A stretch of 64,000 bases of DNA from Desulfatiglandales bacterium (GTDB lineage Bacteria > Desulfobacterota > DSM-4660 > Desulfatiglandales > HGW-15), in assembly GCA_963667015.2 (NCBI GenBank), contig CAXXJJ010000001.1, forward strand, positions 576,001 through 640,000, read 5' to 3'. The notes beneath the pieces were generated by a model. It saw only the letters and a list, made by a program, of their open reading frames with translations. It searched no databases and was not told where the DNA came from. The position numbers were made by a program, and so were the translations under genes. Shown piece by piece: positions 57,472 through 64,000 of this stretch (the stretch's first letter is position 1; the number at the start of each line of letters is the position of its first letter).

Positions 57472-58791
57472 ATGATATTTAATTTGGGAACACACAAAAA
57501 ATCAGGCTTTTTTCTCTCATTAATAATTATCCTATTTATATTAAGCCCATCCTTTGCTGACAAGGTAAAGCAGTCGATTGATGCAAAAAAGCTTGTTCCG
57601 GCGTGTCTTCTGGACTGGAAAAGCGGGCCCGAATATGCTGTGCTTGTTGATAAATCCAGGCAGAAGGTGTTTGTCTACAAAAGGGATAATCTATATGATC
57701 CATATAAGGTGTATGACTGCTCTACAGGAGAAAATGACGGGCGTAAACAGAAAAGAAATGACAGAAAAACACCTGAAGGAATATATTATTTTATAAAATC
57801 CTATGAAGACAGATATCTTGCACCTGTATACGGGACAAAGGCACTGCCCCTTGATTATCCTAATGTTATTGACAAGCGGGATAGAAGGGGAGGGTATGGC
57901 ATCTGGTTTCATGGAACAAACAAAGATTTGGTGCCAAAGGATACAAATGGCTGTGTCGCCCTGAGGAACAGGGATATAGAGGAACTGGCCGGAATTGTAA
58001 GTCTTTTTGATACTCCTGTCATAATAAGCTCAGAGATTGAACTGGTGCCCGAAGGCCGGAATGAGGAACAAAAGAGACTTATTGCTGATATAGTAGAGGA
58101 ATGGCGAAACTCATGGGAAGGCAAAGACATTGATAAATATATGTCTTTTTACAGTAAAAAATTTAAATCAGGCTGGAAAGACTGGGAAAAGTGGAAGTCC
58201 TATAAAAAACAGCTTGCAAAAAAATACAGCAGTATTGAAGTTGATGTGAGCGACCTGAATCTGTTTTCCCACGATGGAGTGATAATAGCATCATTTGAAC
58301 AGGATTACCGGACACCAGGTTTTGACAGCCTTGGAACCAAAAAATTATACCTTACCCAGAACAGCATAGAATGGAAAATCATTGCTGAAACCTTTGTCGG
58401 CTATGACAAGGCAAAGGTCATAGCAAAAAAATCTTCCGATTTCAATAAAGAGGAAATTAAAGATTTTCTTTTCACCTGGAGGGATGCCTGGGAAAAAAAG
58501 GATATCACCGGGTATATTTCATGTTATGATAAAGACTTTGAATCCCGGGGCATGAATCTGAATGCCTGGGAGCTTCACAGGCGAAGGCTGAATGATAAAT
58601 ATAATACAATAAATGTTGATATGAGCAACATTAAGATTGAATCCCTGTCATCAGGTAAAAAGGCGAGAGTAAGTTTTATTCAGAAATATAAGGCCGACAG
58701 GTACAGTGATAAAGGGACAAAGAAAATTCTTCTCGTGAGGAAAGGTAAAGATTGGAAGATAATGGAAGAGAATTGGACCCGGATCAGGTAA
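57472..58791 (+). CDS. L,D-transpeptidase-fold (YkuD) protein with two NTF2-like domains (Csd6/Pgp2-like)
   Basis: VDKS.Q, D.KTPEG.Y, LDYPN, IWFHG...TNGCVAL; two W..(S/A)WE.KD...Y...Y...F repeats. Confidence 0.85.
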   Translation: MIFNLGTHKKSGFFLSLIIILFILSPSFADKVKQSIDAKKLVPACLLDWKSGPEYAVLVDKSRQKVFVYKRDNLYDPYKVYDCSTGENDGRKQKRNDRKTPEGIYYFIKSYEDRYLAPVYGTKALPLDYPNVIDKRDRRGGYGIWFHGTNKDLVPKDTNGCVALRNRDIEELAGIVSLFDTPVIISSEIELVPEGRNEEQKRLIADIVEEWRNSWEGKDIDKYMSFYSKKFKSGWKDWEKWKSYKKQLAKKYSSIEVDVSDLNLFSHDGVIIASFEQDYRTPGFDSLGTKKLYLTQNSIEWKIIAETFVGYDKAKVIAKKSSDFNKEEIKDFLFTWRDAWEKKDITGYISCYDKDFESRGMNLNAWELHRRRLNDKYNTINVDMSNIKIESLSSGKKARVSFIQKYKADRYSDKGTKKILLVRKGKDWKIMEENWTRIR

Positions 58792-59702
58792 GTCCTCCTC
58801 CGGTGAAAGATGGGCACCAAAGCAGCAACAAAGAATTAACAGTAATGCTGATCGGGAGCGTTGGTAAAATGCGTTCCTTTAAAATATCCCGAAAGTTTAT
58901 ATGGTTTTTATCGGTCTTCTTTTCTCTGTATATCATAATCTCTCTTCTTCTTTTCTATTTATACTTTAATTTGTATGTCGCCCATGCAGCCAGATCAGAT
59001 CGTCTTAAAAACCTTGAAATTGAACTTAGTGATAAAACAGAGATCCTGAAGAAAAACAAACTCTATATCAAAAGTCTTGAGGATTTTTATAATGCGGCAC
59101 ATAAGGGGATTGATGAAAGCGCAGATGCGGGCATAACAGGCAAAAAAACACCTGAACCCCGCATCCCGGAGGTTTCGGTTCCTGATGCGAAAAAGACTGA
59201 GAGAACTGTCCCAAAGAAAATAGAAGAAAAAACGGATGACGGAACAATCCGGAATGAAACCCCTGAAACTGAAACCTCAGGTGAAGCAGAGAATCAGGAT
59301 GCCATCCCAAAAGGTGCGGTTGATGATTCCATGGAAATAAAAGATATTCAATTCAAGAGAACCGATTCCGATTTGACTCTTGATTTTAAGCTGACAAACA
59401 TGCGGGCTGAGCAAAAGGCTGCTGAAGGGTTTATCCATATAATTGTCATGGATAAAGATAGGCAATGTCCTCCTGAATGGAACAGCGCCTACAATAAACT
59501 TTCAGATGGGGTTCCAGTAGATTTTAAGCATGGCCAGGAGTTTTTAATACAGAGATTCAGGCCATACCAGCGACAATATAAACCAGACCCTGATTCAGAA
59601 CTGCCTTCTTTTATAAGGATTATAGTTTATGATCGATCAGGTCAGCAAATCCTTGAAAAGGAGTTCTCTGTAACAGATGAATCCGCAAATGACCAAAGCT
59701 AG
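58752..59702 (+). CDS. Hypothetical single-pass membrane protein
   Basis: One TM helix, coiled coil, low-complexity linker, C-terminal beta domain; overlaps both neighbours. Confidence 0.7.
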   Translation: MEDNGRELDPDQVSPPPVKDGHQSSNKELTVMLIGSVGKMRSFKISRKFIWFLSVFFSLYIIISLLLFYLYFNLYVAHAARSDRLKNLEIELSDKTEILKKNKLYIKSLEDFYNAAHKGIDESADAGITGKKTPEPRIPEVSVPDAKKTERTVPKKIEEKTDDGTIRNETPETETSGEAENQDAIPKGAVDDSMEIKDIQFKRTDSDLTLDFKLTNMRAEQKAAEGFIHIIVMDKDRQCPPEWNSAYNKLSDGVPVDFKHGQEFLIQRFRPYQRQYKPDPDSELPSFIRIIVYDRSGQQILEKEFSVTDESANDQS

Positions 59703-61449
59703 AGGATATTGCTATCCATCCTTTATTTTATTTATAGCACTCATTGCTATATTCCCATCCCGTGTCTTTGCCCAGAGGGAACATACTGTTTATTTCCAGA
59801 ATACTGCCTATGAACTTAATATCTACAAGATATATGGCGAGGAACCCGGAAAAACACTCATGCTTATAGGCGGTATTCAGGGGAATGAGCCGGGCGGCTT
59901 TTTATCTGCCGACTCCTATGCTGATATGAAGCTTAAAAAAGGCAACCTGATAGTTGTTCCAAGGGCAAATTTTTATTCTATCATCATGAACGACAGGGGC
60001 CCCAACGGGGACATGAACCGAAAGTTTACCCATGAAGACAGCTCCAGGAGTATGGAAGACAAGATAGTCACCATACTGAAAAAGCTAATAAGTGAAAGCG
60101 ATTACCTGTTAAACCTGCACGATGGAGCAGGATATTTCAATCCTACCTATATAAGCAAGTGGCGTAATCCATCAAGGTTCGGGCAGTCCATCATTGCCGA
60201 CTGCGAAACCTTTAACATTCCTGGAACAGACAAGGTTCTTCCTCTGGGTGAGATCGTGCAGAGAGTCATTGCCAAGGTTAACCCGCATATAGTCAATGAC
60301 CTGTACAAGTTTCATTTTATGGATACACAGACAAGCGCAACAAACAGTGCTCATAAGGAACAGCGAAAATCCGCAACATACTATGCCCTTAATGTGCATC
60401 ATATTCCTGCCTTTGGGGTTGAAACCTCAAAATTTCTCCCTACAATTGACCTGAAGGTATCACTTCACAATCTTGTTATTAATGCCTTTATGGAAGAATT
60501 TGGTATTGTTCCTCACTCTCCGGGCGTTACACTTGATACTCCTTCTTTAAAGTACCTGGTCGTCTCAGTAAACAACGAGATTCCGATTGTAGTGAAAAAA
60601 GGTGAAAGACTAAATGTTTCAAAGGGCGACTCAATAAATATATCCCATATCGAATCCAATTATGAAAGAGGACTGAGTCTTGATGTCCTAGGATTCGGGG
60701 ACATCAACGATTATCGTAAAGATATAACAATAGAAAAAGATACGGTAATGATTGTCAGAAAGGATAATGAAAAATTCGGTGAGATCCCTATAAAGGTGGG
60801 TGAAAGATCACTGTCCCAGTCACATCGATCCTCAAAAATAACAGTCCCCGAAAAGGTGGAATACTTTTCCTTTTACCTGAATGGAAGAGAGATTCTTCTG
60901 CTCGAGGGAAGCACATATGATGTGGTCAAAGGGGATATTATAAAAATCGTTGATATCTTTCCCCCTGCGCTCAGAGGCAGTACGGTTAATTTTAAGGGTT
61001 TTGTGGGCGATAAAGTAAATAATACCGGTGAAGACAGGGGATATGATATCGATACCGGCAGGGATCTTCTTGAGAGATATTCAACCGGTGAAGAAGGCAA
61101 TATCTACCAGGTAGTGGTAACAATGGATGAAAAGGAGATAGGCAATCTGAATATCAGGCTGATGGAGCCTGAGATGGAGTACCTGATTTTTAAGATTGAC
61201 AAGGACAGGCATGTCCTGCTGAGACCGGATGAGTCAGTCTCCCTGTCACCCGGTGACAGGGTCCTGCTTGAGGCAGTTGATACAAATCTTTTTAATAATG
61301 ACGGTGTTTACCTGGAGATCAACGGGCATAGGATCAGACCTGGAGAGGCGGGTGTTGCCGGGGAATTATGCAAGGCCGGGCGCAACGAGGTCAATGTGAA
61401 ACGAGGCGGGCTTCACATCTCCAGAATAATAGTTAACCTGGGGGCATAA
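59677..61449 (+). CDS. M14/M99-family metallocarboxypeptidase (Csd4/Pgp1-like)
   Basis: GGIQGNEPGG, VPRAN, GDMNRKF, LNLHDG.G, FGQSII.D, AFGVETSK. Confidence 0.85.
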   Translation: MNPQMTKARGYCYPSFILFIALIAIFPSRVFAQREHTVYFQNTAYELNIYKIYGEEPGKTLMLIGGIQGNEPGGFLSADSYADMKLKKGNLIVVPRANFYSIIMNDRGPNGDMNRKFTHEDSSRSMEDKIVTILKKLISESDYLLNLHDGAGYFNPTYISKWRNPSRFGQSIIADCETFNIPGTDKVLPLGEIVQRVIAKVNPHIVNDLYKFHFMDTQTSATNSAHKEQRKSATYYALNVHHIPAFGVETSKFLPTIDLKVSLHNLVINAFMEEFGIVPHSPGVTLDTPSLKYLVVSVNNEIPIVVKKGERLNVSKGDSINISHIESNYERGLSLDVLGFGDINDYRKDITIEKDTVMIVRKDNEKFGEIPIKVGERSLSQSHRSSKITVPEKVEYFSFYLNGREILLLEGSTYDVVKGDIIKIVDIFPPALRGSTVNFKGFVGDKVNNTGEDRGYDIDTGRDLLERYSTGEEGNIYQVVVTMDEKEIGNLNIRLMEPEMEYLIFKIDKDRHVLLRPDESVSLSPGDRVLLEAVDTNLFNNDGVYLEINGHRIRPGEAGVAGELCKAGRNEVNVKRGGLHISRIIVNLGA

Positions 61450-61455
61450 TTAGTC

Positions 61456-63447
61456 TTAATCCTTAACATATTCCAGTTTGAGGATGCCGTTCCAGGCATC
61501 CGCCCTGGTTATTCTCACCTTTATCTGATCCCCTGATGAAAGTTTGATGTCCTTCTCCCGTTTCATTTCTACTGAGATATAAAAGTCTGTCAGTATAATC
61601 CTGTACCTGCTTTTTAGAACATCTAGAACAATGGCCGGAAAAACATTGCCGACCTGTTTTTCAAGATACCTGTTAATCCAGTAGTTTTGCCGGTTCCTCC
61701 TTACCATGTTGAGGTCCTTTATTGACGCTGTCACCTGCATCCTGATCTTTTCAAGCTCTTCCCTGTTATAAAAGGATACGCCCTTGAACATAAAGTTAAG
61801 CATCTGGCGCTGGCTTATCAGGTCAAAATATCTCCTGATGGGAGAGGTGACATTTATATAGCTGTCAAGACCAAGACCCGCATGGGGGTGTGGCTCTACA
61901 TCAATAATCAGGGGATTAAGTTTTCTCCTCTGCCGGAACACATAATAGACATATCCAGTCTCTTCAAGGGTAAGCTTTTCGCTTGGCTCCTTCTGTCCGC
62001 GGTATATTGTCGGGATATGATTGTCGCGGCAGTACCTTGCCGCAAGCCAGTTATAGAGTATCATCATTTCAGCCACCATGGTACGTGAAGGCGTTTCCTG
62101 GCTTACAAGCTTCATATCGATTGAAGAGTCTTCATTAACCGAAATATTCAATTCGGGCAGTGAAAGGATTAATGCACCCTGTTCAATCCTGTATCTTGTT
62201 CTTTTCTGGGCAAGCCTGAAAAGGCGGTGGTATATGGTATCCTTTTCGTTCTCGTATATTGAGTTTACCTGATCATAGGTAAGCCGTTCCTTTACCTTTA
62301 TGATGCTTGGGACAAACCTGTAATCAAATATGTCGCAGTTCATGTCAAAATTGACAAGCAGCGAAAGGGCCTGCCTTTCGGTATCTTTTTTAAGACTCAG
62401 TCTTTCATGTGACAGGTCGGGCGGAAACATGGGGACCTGTCTTCTCGGCAGGTAGAGCGAAGAACCCCGTAAAAGGGCCTCGTCTTCAAGTATGCTGCCA
62501 GGGTCTACTACAGCTGAAACATCGGTAATATGAATACCCACCTGCATAAAATCATCCTGAAAATCAACGCTCAATGCATCATCAAAATCAAGGCTGTCAG
62601 CGCCGTCAATCGTAAATACATTCAGGTGGCATAAATCCTCGTAGCCGTTACAGTTAACAGCCTTTTTATTCAGCATACCTGCCTGCTCAAGCTGTTCACT
62701 ACTGAATGCCTGTCTTATTTTGTAACGGATCAGGTCAAGGGGCTCATCCCTTTCCCATATTCCCAGCCTGATCAGTATTCGCCTGGCCTCTCCGATATCA
62801 GTGATGCCTGCCCTGTCAAGCAGTTCTTTTCCGAATTTATATTCATTCGCATCCCTGCCGTTTATGGCAAGGTCTATGAGTGTATCAACTATGACCTGAT
62901 CACAGGTGTCAGTGGTGTCGGCGCCTTCCTTTAACGCCTTTTTAAGCCAGTCGCTGCCGCTGGAGAGCTTTTCTTCCTTTTTTGTCTCTTCATCCTGCTG
63001 TCTTATAATCAGTTCAATTTTTTCTTCCGGGTTGGGGATAAACTGACTGTCTTTCATCTTGAAGTAGAGCTTATCCTCAAAAAGGGCCCTTATCAGTGCG
63101 GATATATGGTCATCAGTTACGTCCTCACCAAAACAGAGCTGTGCGAGATATTTGTAGTTGAAGCTTTCACTCTCATCCTTTATCAGTTCCCAGAGATCCT
63201 TTACGTCTATTTCATCTTTCAGGCCTTCCCTCTTTGAGTCAATCTCCCTGAGCCTGTTGAGTAATTCCTCTCTTGGCCGGTCGATTGAAATGTTGGAAGG
63301 AGATATGAAGGTTGCGCGTTTTGAGGGCAGGTTGACAAGTCTGTTAAGAGGCGTCAGCAGGTGCAGTCTTGTCCCCTTATCCTGGAGGCAAAGAGCACAG
63401 AGCAGTTTACCCTGCTCTATATATTCTATAATTTTACCCTCAGACAT
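61456..63447 (-). CDS. RNB-domain exoribonuclease (RNase II/R family)
   Basis: TIDG..S.DFDDALS, HI.DV, H.GLGL..Y...TSPIRRY.DL. Confidence 0.9.
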   Translation of the reverse strand: MSEGKIIEYIEQGKLLCALCLQDKGTRLHLLTPLNRLVNLPSKRATFISPSNISIDRPREELLNRLREIDSKREGLKDEIDVKDLWELIKDESESFNYKYLAQLCFGEDVTDDHISALIRALFEDKLYFKMKDSQFIPNPEEKIELIIRQQDEETKKEEKLSSGSDWLKKALKEGADTTDTCDQVIVDTLIDLAINGRDANEYKFGKELLDRAGITDIGEARRILIRLGIWERDEPLDLIRYKIRQAFSSEQLEQAGMLNKKAVNCNGYEDLCHLNVFTIDGADSLDFDDALSVDFQDDFMQVGIHITDVSAVVDPGSILEDEALLRGSSLYLPRRQVPMFPPDLSHERLSLKKDTERQALSLLVNFDMNCDIFDYRFVPSIIKVKERLTYDQVNSIYENEKDTIYHRLFRLAQKRTRYRIEQGALILSLPELNISVNEDSSIDMKLVSQETPSRTMVAEMMILYNWLAARYCRDNHIPTIYRGQKEPSEKLTLEETGYVYYVFRQRRKLNPLIIDVEPHPHAGLGLDSYINVTSPIRRYFDLISQRQMLNFMFKGVSFYNREELEKIRMQVTASIKDLNMVRRNRQNYWINRYLEKQVGNVFPAIVLDVLKSRYRIILTDFYISVEMKREKDIKLSSGDQIKVRITRADAWNGILKLEYVKD

Positions 63448-63726
63448 GGAGAAACTTTCTATCAAACAGGTTATCTATTACCTGATTTAGATTAACCGGT
63501 TTATATGCTTAAAACTAATGAGTGAAAAAATGAAGCTACTGGGCTAAAGACCGGAGCGCTGATCAGGTTATGTAAATAAATCAAGCTGCTATGTTTAGCA
63601 AGGGAATGAGTATATGTCAACAAAGCTTGACATATTTATTTGGCTCTATTACTTAAATTTAAATGATTTTTCTTATCATATGCAGACTGACACTTTCATG
63701 CCCATAACATTCAATGGAGGAAAAAT

Positions 63727-64000
63727 ATGAAGGCCTCTCCCTGTAAAAACAGGATAAAAACCCTGAGAAAAAGATTTACAGATAAATCACCCGACATGCT
63801 GTGGATAGCGCAGCCTGAAAACAGGAGATACCTGTCAGGGTTCAAGGCATCTGATCTCCAGCTCAATGAATCGTCCGGATCGCTCTTTATTACCAATAAA
63901 AAGGCCTTTTTAATTACAGACTCGAGGTACACCCTTGAGGCGGAACATGAAGCTACCGATTTCAGTGTCATCACACAAAAAGGAACCTTTCAGGATGAAC
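63727..64000 (+). CDS. Xaa-Pro peptidase (aminopeptidase P family), N-terminal part, truncated by window edge
   Basis: SD GGAGG; MKASPCKNRIKTLR...ENRRYLSGF...SSG.L.IT...LITDSRY. Confidence 0.8.
   Translation, partial: MKASPCKNRIKTLRKRFTDKSPDMLWIAQPENRRYLSGFKASDLQLNESSGSLFITNKKAFLITDSRYTLEAEHEATDFSVITQKGTFQDE

Overview
A chromosomal window from a probable anaerobic deltaproteobacterium (Desulfobacterota-like; inferred from gene content and protein style only). It has three parts. (1) 1-4.6 kb: the 3' end of a nitrogenase cofactor cluster (nifE end, nifN, nifB, [2Fe-2S] ferredoxin, NifX-family protein, nifV). (2) About 4.7-35.8 kb: an accessory region with hicAB, a divergent sigma54 two-component system, and a sigma54-driven MacAB-TolC-type locus. 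In this locus six paralogous ~800-aa permeases, plus a remnant of a seventh, share one ATPase, one adaptor and one TolC. It is followed by vapBC, an NfeD-like gene, DUF4097 genes and a NifA-like regulator. (3) 36-64 kb: core genes (fmdE-like, cheX, larC, pgpA, cinA, thpR, recA, alaS, bamD, trxA, trxB, mobA, orn, RNB nuclease) plus a Csd6-like/unknown/Csd4-like peptidoglycan cluster and a 1567-aa unknown protein. The most striking unannotated signal is intergenic. Every permease start is preceded by a conserved 7-nt-periodic A/C leader with no Shine-Dalgarno. Gene ends are followed by 5-6-unit heptamer arrays, 6-, 8/9- and 15-nt-period hairpins and nested palindromic mini-elements. Permease 3' ends are conserved at the DNA level, so the locus resembles a modular, recombining cassette array. 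No rRNA, tRNA, CRISPR array or intact transposase or integrase was seen.
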